From: Octopus sinensis
Lineage: Eukaryota
DNA length: 64,000 nt
NCBI RefSeq assembly: GCF_006345805.1
Contig: NC_043000.1
Coordinates: 151,342,001 to 151,406,000, forward strand
Direction of reading: 5' to 3'
In this document: positions 32,805 through 47,125 of the stretch, one piece after another
How positions within the stretch are numbered: the first letter of the stretch is position 1
Layout: each line of letters starts with the position of its first letter
The notes under the pieces: generated by a model
What the model was told of the DNA's origin: nothing
Database searches by the model: none
The model's input: only the letters and a program-made list of their open reading frames with translations
Program-made: the position numbers and the translations under genes

Positions 32805-32960
32805 AGCGGGTAAATCTTCAACCGGTACTTATTTTATCGACCACGATCGGATTAAAGACAAAGCCGACCTCGGTGGAATTTGAACTCAGTGCGTAAAAGC
32901 AGGCGAAATTCCGCCAAGCATTTTTTTGAGGCGTGCAAACGATTTTCCCAGCGCGCCGCT
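32805..32960 (-). mobile_element. Older Deu/Nin-type SINE fragment
   Basis: GGTACTTATTTTATCGACC..GACCTCGGTGGAATTTGAACTCAG. Confidence 0.7.
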
Positions 32961-32964
32961 CTAA

Positions 32965-34048
32965 CATATACATGCATACATACATGCATACATACATGCA
33001 TACATACATACATACATACATACATACATACATACATACATGCATGCATGCATACATACATACATATATACATACATACATACATATATACATACACGCA
33101 TACATACATGCATACATGCATGCATACATACATACATGCATACATACATACATACATACATACATACATACATACATACATACATACATGCATGCATGCA
33201 TATATACATATATACATACATTTATACATAAATACAGACATACATACATACATACATACATACATACATACCTACATACATACATACATGCATACATACA
33301 TACATACATACATACATACATGCATGCATCATACATACATATATACATACATATATACATACATACACGCATACATACATGCATACATGCAGCATACATA
33401 CATACATGCATACATACATACATACATACATACATACATACATACATACATACATACATGCATGCATGCATATATACATATATACATACATTTATACATA
33501 AATACAGACATACATACATACATACATACATACATAGATGCATGCATGCATACATACATACATACATGCATACATACATACATACATACATACATACATA
33601 CATGCATGCATGCATACATACATACATACATACACACACATACATACATACATACATACATACATACATGCATGCATACATACATACATGCATACATACA
33701 TACATACATACAAACATACATACATACAACATACAAACATACATACAAACATACATACATACAAACATACATACATACATACATACATGCATACATACAT
33801 ACATACATACATACATACATACATACAAACATACATACATACATACATACCTACATACATACATACATACATACATACATACATACATACATACATACAT
33901 ACATACATACATACATACATACATACATACATACATACATACATACCTACATACATACATACATACATACATACATACATACATACATACATACATACAT
34001 ACATACATACATACATACATACATACATACATACATACATACATACAT
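32965..34048. repeat. About 1.1 kb (ATAC)n array with higher-order duplication
   Basis: TACATTTATACATAAATACAGAC occurs twice (~33217 and ~33487). Confidence 0.95.
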
Positions 34049-34657
34049 GCTCTCTTTCTCACGCACAAATACACTGATCCAGACGTGTCTGCTCTCTTAG
34101 TACTCTCAACGCACCAGTCTGGTGTTCTTCACGAATTTACAAAATATCCCCAAGAAGTTGATTGAAGCCACCGGAAAGAATGACAAATTTGGAAGGAGCT
34201 CGCTGCTAGTGTCATGTGAGTCTGACTGGCTTACACCACCGACCCGTTTAGCGCTTGATATAAATGAAACAGGTACAGCTATGTGTAGACAGATTGTATT
34301 GCCTGCGGCAATTTATAAACTCGTGACTCTTAAAGCCTGCATCGTACCCACTTAATTATAATAACAAAACCGTTTTAACGCTTAACTTCGTTAAATTTTG
34401 AACTGTTCTGTTCAAGAGTCTTGAGTTGAGTTTGTTGGCACTGTTTAGCTCCAGGATAGTTCTGATCAAGCAGACCTATGATCAAAGGCATTCCAGCCGT
34501 GACTATGATTTTTTTTTTCTTTTCAGATTGTCAGATTCGTTCTTCTTCTTTTTCTTTTTTTATTTTTATTTTTTTTTTTTTAGAAGACGGCACAGAAATT
34601 TTTGGCTATCACTTCTACCGAATCGAACGACCACGTAGAAGCTGCCGAGTTAATATC

Positions 34658-34886
34658 TATTTCTTTATTACCCACAAGGGGCTAAACACAGAGGGGACAA
34701 ACAAGGACAGACATAGGTATTAAGTCGATTACATCGACCCCAATGCGTAATGGTACTTAATTTATCGACTCCGAAAGGATGAAAAGCAAAGTCGACCTCG
34801 GCGGAATTTGAACTCACAACGTAACGCAGACGAAATACCGCAAAGCATTTCGCCCGGCGTGCTAACGTTTCTGCCAGCTCGCCGCC
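34658..34886 (-). mobile_element. Full-length Deu/Nin-type SINE with 8-bp TSD
   Basis: TTAATATC on both sides. Confidence 0.9.
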
Positions 34887-35167
34887 TTAATATCGCTAGG
34901 TCCCTAACAAGCGCTTATTAACATCGCCCGCCCTCTTTAAAGCATATAAAGGTAGAACATTAACTTTCCAGACACTGGAGGGTCTGGAACCTCTTATAAT
35001 CCGCACTAATTTAAGAATAGGAATTTCAGATTTCCGTAGCCGTCAGACTAATTTACTGGTACCTTGCCCAGACTTAGTACCTTGCACAGTACTGTATTAA
35101 TAAACTTATAACATTTCTACTACTGTGCGGGTATCTATACTTCATTTAATTCTTTAATTCTTTTTCT

Positions 35168-35931
35168 TTTTACTTGTTTCAGTCATTTGATTGCGGCCAT
35201 GCTGGAGCACCGCCGTTTAGTCCAAGAAATCGACCCTAGGACTTATTTTTTGTAAGCCTGGTACTTATTCTATCATCCCTTTTGCCGAACCGCTACGATA
35301 CGGGGACGATGGTGGGGCAGGGAACAAATACAGACACAAAACATACACACACAGATATATACATACACACGCACGCACACACAAAGATATATATATATAG
35401 GTAAAATTAATAATATAAGAAAATGGAGAGATAAAAATGTATATTTAATTTATTTGCACCGTAGTTGGTTTTTAAGATATAAATACAAATAAATTTCTCT
35501 TTTAAAAACATTACAGAAGACTCAAAAACCTACACGCTTCGATTCTGGCCCCTTGGAACTACATTATTCAAAACATTTGGGTTAAATCCAACGTTAAGAA
35601 TTTAAGCTGTTAGGGGTAGACTCTCTTCAGGGTTTTTGTTTTAATAATAACAAAGGTCACATCTTACTTGTAGGAATTCAAAGTTACGAGGATAAGATAT
35701 GCCTGAAAAGACTATATATATATAAAATTTATAAGTTTAAATTATTTAAATAATTTTTCATTTTTAACTTTTATATTTTTAAATTAATTTTATGTATTGG
35801 CTTATGTTTTTCACTATTTGATTTGCCTAATAGTGGTTTTATCTCTAATTTAATATAATATAATATATTTATACTATAAAATTGGATTTAATCCTAAATC
35901 TAATTTTTCCCTGTATGTTTGGATTTATTCC

Positions 35932-35976
<45 letters not shown>

Positions 35977-36133
35977 GACAGGATTCTTTTCAGTTTCCGT
36001 CTACCAGTTCCACTCACAAGGCTTTGGTCAGTCCGAGGCTATAGTAGAAGATAAGTACCGAAGGTTGCCACGCAGTGGGACTGAACCCGGAATTATATAG
36101 TTGGGAAGCAAGCTTCTTACCACACAGCCACGC
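35168..36133 (-). mobile_element. CORE-type SINE with ~530 bp of unidentified AT-rich sequence inside its internal microsatellite
   Basis: Tail 35168-35390, head 35975-36133, unrelated sequence ~35400-35935. Confidence 0.7.
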
Positions 36134-37381
36134 TTGTAAATTTAATATTTGTTTAATTTAGAGTGTGTCCACTCCTGGTTCGGAAAAATCAGTCATCTCG
36201 TATGGCTTTGGAACCAAAGATTCTGGAAAAATCGATGTTGTAGTTGTACCAATTTCACAAACTGCTGACTTCTATTTGGCGACTATCGAATCTGGTGCAT
36301 TATGTTAAGTTATTATAACCAAAGTGGACATGATACGATTTATCTTCGATATAAAGATAGAATTTAACTCTTATATCCGTTTTATCTCATGTTATATAAT
36401 AGTGGCTCTTATAGTTTGTTATATAGTACACCAACACTACCGATAAAGCTTAAACCATTAGCATCAATTCACAAGCCAACAAAAATGATACCACTCAACC
36501 TGCTATAAATAACAAACAATTATCTCTCAAATAACATCTGACCGTCTTTAATAACAAACAATACCTCGAATAAAGTAGACTCTGGTATACATACACAACA
36601 CACATACGCAGAAAAAGAGAATGGTTAACGTTGAAATGTCTTTCATCAAAGATATGTTCGACAAGAGTTGACCTGGACATAGTCAACAGCAAACCACCGC
36701 TGGTTCTACGACATTTTGCGTTTAACTACGACATTCAATTTTTATCATTCCATGGCTTGATTCTCATCACATTATCGACCAAACTTCGCTCAATATAAAA
36801 TCGTCAAAGTAATTGAAATACCTTTATATCTCACTTTGCGGTTCTCACAAAATTACAATATTCATATATACTTCAATCGTGTTATTCTCTCTGTCATAAA
36901 TTTAATATGTCTATATTGGCTTTCCCGCCTTTCTCTCTCACCTACACATTCTCTCATTCACTCACTCTCCCTCGTATTCTGTTTCACTCACATTCTCTCT
37001 CTCACTCACTTTGTCACTCTGTATACATCCATAAATGCATATATATATATATATACACAATATATATATACGTGTGTATGCGCATGTACATGTACATGTG
37101 ATGTGTGTATACATTTATAGTGCGCAGTAAAACATTTTACATTTTAAAATTTCATTTATTTATTGATAATTTGAAACATAAAGCATATACCATTCCAGGA
37201 ACCATATTATCTAGCCTCTCCAAGAAAATCAATTACAATTGTTACACCACAAGTTTTATCCCCAACCCATCCACGTCACCTTCGTGGGCAGAAAAAGGGA
37301 TCGGTTACTTGTTAAAATCTTAATCAAAGAAAGATTGAAAAAATATATCTTATATTTCAAACTATCTATAAAAAAAAAGTA

Positions 37382-37796
37382 CTACTACTATGGCAATCCC
37401 TCAAGGTCGAGGATGATGGTCTTCGCGCAAATTTATTGGTGAGTCCGTAGATGACTGATAAGACCAATTCTTGCTCGAAAAGATCGATCACAGTGCGGAC
37501 GTCTAGTGCCGGAAGGGAGAGTCGCACGTGGTTGTTGTTGGCGCTCCTTCCGTCGTCGTCTTTTCTCCTCCAGCTCTGCAGACCTTTTCGACTCGAAATT
37601 CGCCGTTCCCTCATGGATGGTGGTTTTCCAGAGTGGTCTGTTTTTTGCCGTTTCCTCCCAGACGAACGACTTCCCTAACAGATCTTCTACTCCCAACTCA
37701 AAGATGGCAAGCGTACAAAAGGAGGCCAGAAGAAACGCTACAAGGACTCCCTGAAATCGAACCAAAAAAGTGTGACATTGACTTCACCAACTGGGA
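37382..37796 (-). mobile_element. 5'-truncated RTE LINE with 5' inversion
   Basis: Minus 37660 to 37433: WEETAKNRPLWK..HCDRSFRARIGLISHLRTHQ* plus 3' UTR and (TAG)n tail; plus 37658-37796: PDERLP*QIFYSQLKDGKRTKGGQKKRYKDSLK..DIDFTNWE; candidate TSD AAAA(A/G)AAAAGTA. Confidence 0.88.
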
Positions 37797-38719
37797 AAAA
37801 GAAAAGTATCACTGTGTCGGGATGTATTATTAATTAATGCACTTTGTCAGTGAATGTTATGTTTGTGAGACTAGGTTAGTTCGTTCCGAGTTTCTGAATA
37901 TCATAGGTAATAATCTCTCTGTGGACAGAAATAGGTATGGTTTTTACTATTTTACTCTTTTACGGAGTGATATTTTCGCATTTGTGAAACCTATAATTTT
38001 TCGCCGAGTTTGATCAACCTTCAACCGTTGTGTGTAAATGAGTTTCAATCCTCCTTTAATTAATCACTTGAAAATCGGAGACGAAAATCTACGAGCAATG
38101 ACTCGCACTAACTCAGTTTTGAATAAGTATCATTTATTAAACCATGCAATAATCTGTACTTCCTTTTATCACATTGCATTTCATACAAGTGTGAATCCAT
38201 TATACAGCTCCCTTCGTTGAACACTGTCTACAATCCAATGAACCAATTGAATAATACATCACTACTCGATTCAGTTTTCACTGAGAACAGACATTTCTTT
38301 TATTTAAGCAGACATATATGAAAAGTCTCGTCTTCAACTGAGAACTTAGGAAGAAGAATCAGGTGGAAAACGCAATTATATGAAAGAGAAAATTCAGAAC
38401 TTCTGAAAGGCAACTATGATTTTAAGACCCGCAAATGTCCAGTCTCAGTAACCAACGACTAAACTGGATCGAATCCGCGTAAGGCTAATATTATTCAGTA
38501 TGAAACTTACTCTTATCATGAGAGTAAGCTTGAAAAATTACGCTAACAATTTCCAACAAAATCTCCAGAACAGCATTAAAGAATTCAAATCTGCTAAACA
38601 AAACACTGTATAATCGAATATAGTTTAATGCATTAAATAAATCTATCACTTAATATGGTATTTATGTAGATTTATAAGCGAAACCAACTTAAAATAAATT
38701 CTACAGATACTTTAGCCAT

Positions 38720-39200
38720 TGAAAAAAGGAAAGCTAGACAAGGAAGGGATAGCCATCGTTTACAAAATCCAAATCTGAAGCAATTTGGAGTACGCCTGTC
38801 AAGCGAGACAAACATGTTCAACTAGATTCCAGTAGCCCAATAAAAAGGCTTTGGGGGTTGATAGAGCTGATGTGCTGAAAACAAAACAAAGTAAAACACA
38901 TACTAATGACTTTCAACATAGGACACCAGGCTGTTGCAGCAACGATTCTCTACACAATGTGCACAAGCTGCAGGCCATCACAACTCCATCGGATGCTACA
39001 ACCACAATATGACAGACACTACAACGGCTTGAAAATTAATACCTGCGCACGGTTTTTCGTCACCCAGCGCCAAACTTACATTTTGAACAGGAGTTTTCTG
39101 CCCTCGAATGTCGGAAATATGAACAAACTTCTCAAGATCGATCTCGACTGATGAGATGCTGGCTTTCAAAGACATAACTTGTCAATCATAACATCGAACA
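38720..39200 (+). pseudogene. Decayed L2/CR1-group LINE ORF2 3' end
   Basis: IVYKIQI*SNLEYA ... HQAVAATILYTM ... LNRSFLPSNVGNMNKL resembles the YKAQVRPHLEY / RRxVAxLxLFY / RSFIPRTARLWNSL motif series. Confidence 0.6.
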
Positions 39201-39335
39201 TTCTGTGAGCTAATACTAGACTCACCGTAAACCGAAAATCAACACATCACACACGCACACACGCACACACACACTCACGTACATACGCGTACACACACGT
39301 ACACATACACGTACACACATACATATTAACACACT

Positions 39336-39493
39336 GAGAGCCTGCTCAAGGTATCGGAAACTCGAGCAGTCGCCCGGGGCGCCATGTGCAAGGGGGTGCC
39401 AAGGAGGGCGTGACAAAGACAAGGACATTTTCACATTTGTACACGCCAAAGTTCAGCTTGCCCGGGGCGCCAGCAATCCTAGGGCCGGCCTGC
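39336..39493. mobile_element. Short hAT-like MITE
   Basis: GCCCGGGGCGCC occurs twice; the end GGCGCCAGCAATCCTAGGGCCGGCC resembles hAT/Tip100-type termini. Confidence 0.5.
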
Positions 39494-39983
39494 GAAATTT
39501 TTCTTCCCACGAGAGTTCCGGACCCCAGTTATGAACTCATTTGCATACAGCCAATCAGAGCTCAACAATCAAACTAATTTATGAGCGCATAACAAGTGGT
39601 GGGCAATAAGATAAAGGTCACTTGGGCAAGGAATGACCATTCTCCTTTTCTCTTTCAATAATGCTTGTTGTTCTTGTTCTTGTTTCAACCATGGCTGCCT
39701 CTGTGTAGCTATTGGTGTTGTTGTTTACTTTGTAACACAGTAAAGGGAGAGGGTTGCTAGCACATCACCCTCTACCCACATTTTTCCCATCCACATCTTT
39801 ACCATATGGGGCCCTAACAAAATCCGATAATAGTACAGATGCAAATCTATCTAATTACTTGTCTCCTTCTAAAATCAGGCACAACTTAGACAACAAGGTA
39901 GAGCTCTGATTGGCTGTATGCAAATGAGTTCATTACTGGGATCCGGAACTCTCATGGGAAAAAAAATTTCGCGGCCGGCCCTG
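39480..39983. mobile_element. hAT-like MITE with ~83-bp TIRs
   Basis: AGGGCCGGCC..ATTTGCATACAGCCAATCAGAGCTC (39481-39563) is inverted at 39901-39983; no clear 8-bp TSD. Confidence 0.75.
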
Positions 39984-40012
39984 CACACACACAATGACCA
40001 CAACACATATAC

Positions 40013-40173
40013 GGCGCAGGAGTGGCTGTGTGGTAAGTAGCTTGTTTACCAACCACATGGTTCCGGGTTTAGTCCCACTGCGTGGCACCTTGGGCAAGTG
40101 TCCTCTACTATAGCCTCGGGCCGACCAAGCCTTGTGAGTGGATTTGGTAGACGGAAACTGAAAGAAGCCCGTC

Positions 40174-40256
<83 letters not shown>

Positions 40257-40475
40257 GTGTATGTGTGTGTGTTTGTGTGTCTGCAGTGTTTGTCCCCCTA
40301 GCATTGCTTGACAACCGATGCTGGTGTGTTTACGTCTCCGTCACTTAGCATTTCGGCAAAAGAGGCTGATAGAATAAGTACTGGGCTTACAAAGAATAAG
40401 TCCCGGGGTCGAGTTGCTCGATCAAAGGCGGTGCTCCAGCATGGCCGCAGTCAAATGACTGAAACAAGTAAAAAA
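40013..40475 (+). mobile_element. Full-length CORE-type SINE with internal (TA)n(TG)n
   Basis: tRNA-like head (B-box-like GGTTTAGTCC); CCTTGGGCAAGT as at the start of the CORE domain; tail GAAACAAGTAAAA. Confidence 0.88.
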
Positions 40476-40937
40476 AAAAATGACTGGCCTTAACGCGCCA
40501 CAATTTCTAATGCGTTGTTTCACACAATTTCATGATATTCTGACCATATGGTTCGTCACTATAACATATCACTAGTAAATCTATGTAACTATTTCCTTCC
40601 AGTAGTTATTTCAGTTATTGGCCATGTCTACACAATAACTCATAACATAAATTATTGATTTGGAGTTTGGTAAATTGGAATTGGAATGTTTAGTTTAAAA
40701 TATTTGTCGCTATTTGTGATGAATAGAAAGATATTCTGGCCCTGTATCCATGCGGTGCCAAAATAGGTCTAAACTCGGCACAAAGAACTGTTTTAATCTC
40801 TTTTATTTTAAGTTAATATATTATACTGTTGGAAACGGGAGAGCGGGAGAGATTTTACCTTATCTTCTCTGTAGTAAAAAGTGTGAAGTTTTCCTTTTCC
40901 GGCTTCTACTTGACCTTATGTGTATGTGCGTGTGCAT

Positions 40938-40988
<51 letters not shown>

Positions 40989-41679
40989 CGTGTGTGTGTG
41001 TGTGTGTTCGCGTGTGTGTGTTCGTGTGTGTGTGTGTGTGACTGTGATATATTCAACTGATATAGGACATTTTAATAAGATTTGGAAGCCTTAAATATTT
41101 CTTCAAGGAGACACAAATGTGGATGGACTGTTATACAAGCATCTATACATGTGTATATGTTTTAGTGGATATATATGATGTGGTGATGATGCCTCGTAGT
41201 GATTATAATGACATTACAAATTTACTTGCTGGGGTTTAAATCCCACACGAAGAGATTAACTCAACACTGCAAGCTAATGAGTCACGAGTCAATTTCACAG
41301 AGCTGTTGTTACTTAGTGATAGGGCAGACTCCATTATGGCACCTGTTTCTGGCTAGGCTTACACGAGTATTTGGAAGATATATATCTTGGTTACACGCAC
41401 AGTGCAGAACTGTTGATGGAATATGCACATTTCCGACGCTTTGGTCGGTTTTTCATTATCATATCATCCAGGAAAGGCTTAACAGCTATTCTACATTTCA
41501 TGCGCCAATTTTTTCCCAAATGACTTTATGTGCACCATACAATTCTTTATCTCTGTTCAATTCTTGTGTAAAACATGTTTATAGTTAGCACTGTTGCATT
41601 ATGAAATATTTTTATATAAAAAAATATGAAAACATTACTTATTTTAATGAGACTTCTGAATCTGTTTCGATCTTGTTTG

Positions 41680-43400
41680 GCTTTTAATGATTAGAGTTAA
41701 ATTAGTAACGACATCAGAGAATTCTTCATGCCAGTGTCAGGCAATGCTCACCTCATCTTGTTTCCTAATAGTGTCATAAATAATATTTGTTCGCATCTGT
41801 ACATCGTTCCGAGAAGGAGCTGTAATTGTTTGAAATGAAAAATTTTCTTATTGTAAAATATCCAAAAGGTAAAGATCACCGGAAATTAATTTTGTCAACA
41901 GCATTTAAAACCAAGGGAATTTCATCAAATTTCATTCTCAATAATGAGTTTGTTTCAAATCAATATGTTCCATTTATATGTTGGAAGGTATTTTCATATT
42001 TTGTTTTTGTTTACTAAGTGAAAATTTATTTTAAAATGCAGCTTTCTTTAGCAAAATTATGAAAACGATTTCCAAATAACTCTTGCAACAACCTAATCTT
42101 TGTAAATACATTTTGTAAACTTGCCATTATACTCAGTGTATTCACTAAGCTCTTTTAAGTGCGGAAGCTGATTCAAATTCTTATCTAATTGAGAGGTGAA
42201 TACTTAATTTCATCTTGAATGCATTGATAACATTTATTATGCAGACACACAATTGTTTTTGCTTGTAGCTATAAATTGTTATCAAATTAAATGACTGGTT
42301 ACACCAACTAAAGCTAATACATCGAACTATGGTTATCATATGAATGAGAATTTTATTTTTTTCAGACGACTTTTTCTCTTTTAGAAAATTTTGAACACCG
42401 TTTTTCAGTCACCAAACTCTACTCAGAACATGTCTTCCAGGAAGCTAGCACTCCTCATGATGGAGTACAAGATCGTCATATTCAAAGTTTAATGTTTCCC
42501 AATATTCTTTGAATCCTCATCTATTTAAGGAACTTGCTTTAATTTTATTCACGCATCAAAACCGTCGATATAACATGCAACGTTAAAGTTTTCGCGTACA
42601 GTGATATTTTTGTGGAGAACGACTGGAAAATGTTTCTATCAAAATAGTAGTCTGAGAAGCTTTATCAAACAATGACAGAGTTTCGTCAGTACAAATTCTA
42701 ATGAATTTACTAAAATTTAATCTAAGATCTTTGTCGAGCACAACATTTCCGTGAAACGTCTCGAGACAGATAAGTTCTTGAAAGACGCTAAAATCGTCAC
42801 CACTTACTTTTATATATAAAAAAAATAATGTTTAAACTAGGCTAACTCACATATGTTGGTAGAATCTTCCAAAAGTAAAAGAAATAAATTAAATATAAGC
42901 AAGGAGTAACCCTTTCAGTTACCCAGACACATCATGAAAGATTTTCTTCGGTGCTTCTCGTAACAGTTTGCCTTTGATAGAGAAATTTTATATTTTCTTT
43001 TGATATTTCTATCAGCAAAACAACTTGCAACTCGTTTTTGGCGACAAGGCATAAAAATTCCTCATCTATCAGAAAAAGATTTCCATTGGTTTGGCCAGCT
43101 TTAATGCAGTTTCATAGAACATTTCTTTTATCGCTAAACTTACCCCGCTTCCTCAACAAATTTATTTTGATATTCGATATCTTCCTTTTTCTTAACCACG
43201 TTTTCTTTCAGAAACTCAAACCCAAGCACTAAATTCAGTGTTTCTTCCGTTTTAATCTGAAGTGTTTTGAAGGTTTAAGATCATGACTTCATTGAATTCA
43301 CTCTTAACATTTTGCCCTTTTTGTGTTTATTTTCTTTTGCACTGTAATGATGGGGTTTCCTTTCGAAAAGAATGTACAAACTGGCGAATGCTTACGAAAG
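41680..43400 (-). pseudogene. Ancient hAT (Spin/Buster, GTF2IRD2-like) transposase relic
   Basis: Collinear motifs through stops and frameshifts: ISLS-QTVTR (~42970), LLLEDSTNICELA (~42860), EYDDLVLHHEEC*LPGRHVL (42421-42483), GTMYRCEQILF (~41800). Confidence 0.7.
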
Positions 43401-43821
43401 ACAAATAAACCAGAAATCTGTAGCGTAAAAATATCAAACGTAGACTGATTGGCAAAAGGCTGCGATAATCTCAGGTTGAAACAAGCATCAAATATTTACT
43501 TAACAATAATGAACGGGTGTATGATTTGCAATTTTTAATCCTTCAATGAATCCCTTTTAAAGCATGGACCATAGGATGGCATTCTCGAATTAGGTCATTT
43601 GAAACTCTCATATCTTATAAATAAGGTCATCATTGACCGTATAATCTGAAAAATAATTACATTATTGAGAGTAGACATGCTAAAGGGGTATATAAAGATA
43701 AGAGAAATTTTGTAACCTTACAAACCTAGAGTATAAGATTTTGACCAAAATGTTTGTAAATTGAGCATTTCATTGAGTCATGTAATCAATTGTACACAAT
43801 CTCATCTGTCATGGCAGAATT

Positions 43822-43852
43822 ATTATTATTATTATTATCATTATTATAATTA

Positions 43853-43911
<59 letters not shown>

Positions 43912-44205
43912 GATTTGACTCAGGTTCGGTCTTATTCCAGGCAGGATTTATGTGGGTAGCGGGTTACTACCTATAACTTTAGGGTTCCACTAATTTTCAG
44001 TGGCCTTCCAAGTGTTTCGAACCTTCCTGATAATCTTTCCTCTCCCTAAGAGGCAAACTGTCTGTGGAAGCTCTACAGGACATTCTACACCAATCTCCTT
44101 CAACAATTTTTGCTTCCCGATGTATCAATTATTATAGGCGCAAACTTTACAGTTTTCATATTCTAAATTCTTGCAATCAGTTTTCTATTTCCAAATTCTT
44201 GCAAT
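43822..44205 (-). mobile_element. R4/Dong-like non-LTR retrotransposon 3' end with (TAA)n tail
   Basis: Minus strand gives IARIW..KTVKFAPIII..LLKEIGVECPVELPQTVCLLGRGKIIRKV, then a 3' UTR and (AAT)n at 43822-43912. Confidence 0.75.
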
Positions 44206-44212
44206 ATTATTA

Positions 44213-44768
44213 TTGTATGAGAGAGAGGTGCATGCCATCAAAGTGACACTGGGGCAAAATATACGAATCCCAGTATACCCGTCATGACTACCCGTCTGAT
44301 AAGGATACACTAGGCACACGCATCACAATCATATGTGCGCGACATGATGGTCTCATATAAAGATAAACAGCGCATGACCTTGCAGGTGGGGCTCAGTTAG
44401 AATTTTCTTCAGGTCGAGTAGCCCATCCCGCTGAAAGGTTCACTGGAAAAGGGTTGTTTAAGGGTGTTGAACGAAACACCAATGTTTCCAGAGGTGGATT
44501 ATTCAAACCCCAAAGAATTCCTCCCAACAGATGGCTATGATGCTCTCCCACTAGTTCTGTTCGTGATCAGAGATGCACATATTGTCAGCCACTAAGGGAC
44601 ATGCTCAACTGGTTAAGGTCAAACAACTGACAAGCAAATCTGTGGTATTGAGCAGAATATTTGCTGTAGCCCATCTTTTATACCAAGACAAAACAATGTA
44701 CATGATAACACTTCCAATCAGTTAAGATCAGAAGCCATGAGAGCCACTGCCTGGTACTGCATCAGGGC

Positions 44769-44770
<2 letters not shown>
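44213..44770 (-). mobile_element. Full (AAT)n-flanked retroposon
   Basis: Reverse copy of 6288-6845; (TAT)n on both sides. Confidence 0.85.
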
Positions 44771-44831
<61 letters not shown>

Positions 44832-44832
<1 letters not shown>

Positions 44833-45010
44833 GAAGGCAAGCTGTACGAAATGCTTAGCGGTATTTCGCCCGCCGCTACGTGCTGAGTTCAAATCCGCTG
44901 AGGTCGACTATGCCTGGAATGGCTAAAATAAAGTACCAGTCATGTGATGGGGTCGATTTAATCAAACAACCTATTCCTTTCTCCAAATTTGTGGCTTTGC
45001 GTCTATGTTA
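44832..45010 (+). mobile_element. Old Deu/Nin-type SINE
   Basis: GAGTTCAAATCCGCTGAGGTCGAC..AAGTACCAGT. Confidence 0.6.
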
Positions 45011-45610
45011 GAAACTATTATCAAAGAATGTAGGAGTTAGCAGGGTCATTAAGTATTTTTGTTGGACATAATGTCTTGTGGTATTTGCTCTCACAATATT
45101 TGGAAGTGTTATTTCACGGGATGAGGGTATCAGCCAATCAGAAGATTGATTTTCAATTTATGGCCTGGCACAGATACAATATAATCTAACTCAATCAGCT
45201 TTGGTTTACTTTTTCAGACAGATATGTTAGTATTACTGGCAGGTCTGACAATATAATAGCATTTCTATCAATATAACTTTAATAGATCAGACAACATAAT
45301 TATTATATTATTCTGAAACTCATCGACATGGTAATTAAGCAGTTAAGCTGAATATGCTTCCAACCGACTTAATTATATCACAGCTAATTATATTTCTGCA
45401 CCGCTATTACCAAAACGAATGTGTAACAGCCTGCAATATATTCGAGTTATCTGATAAAATAATTTAATTACATTTGACAATATCTCTGCATGGCATTTAT
45501 AACATAGGTAACAACCACGAGGACCAGGGTTCGATCTACGAGCGTGTACGTGTTTTGAGTGAAAATTAGGCGTCGCGAGAAAAGAATTCAGTTCAAATAA
45601 ACCACATATG

Positions 45611-45641
<31 letters not shown>

Positions 45642-45708
45642 TCCTTTCTTTTTTATATGCGTTTCAGCCCCAAAGATTGTGGCCATGCTATCTATCTATC
45701 TACCTACA

Positions 45709-45757
<49 letters not shown>

Positions 45758-45799
45758 GATAGATAGATAGATAGATAGATAGATACATACATACATACA

Positions 45800-47125
<1,326 letters not shown>

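Noticed and set aside
30299-34165. ORFs of 400-460 aa (HTYI and MYVC repeats)
   Set aside because: Translations of (ATAC)n arrays, open in several frames on both strands.
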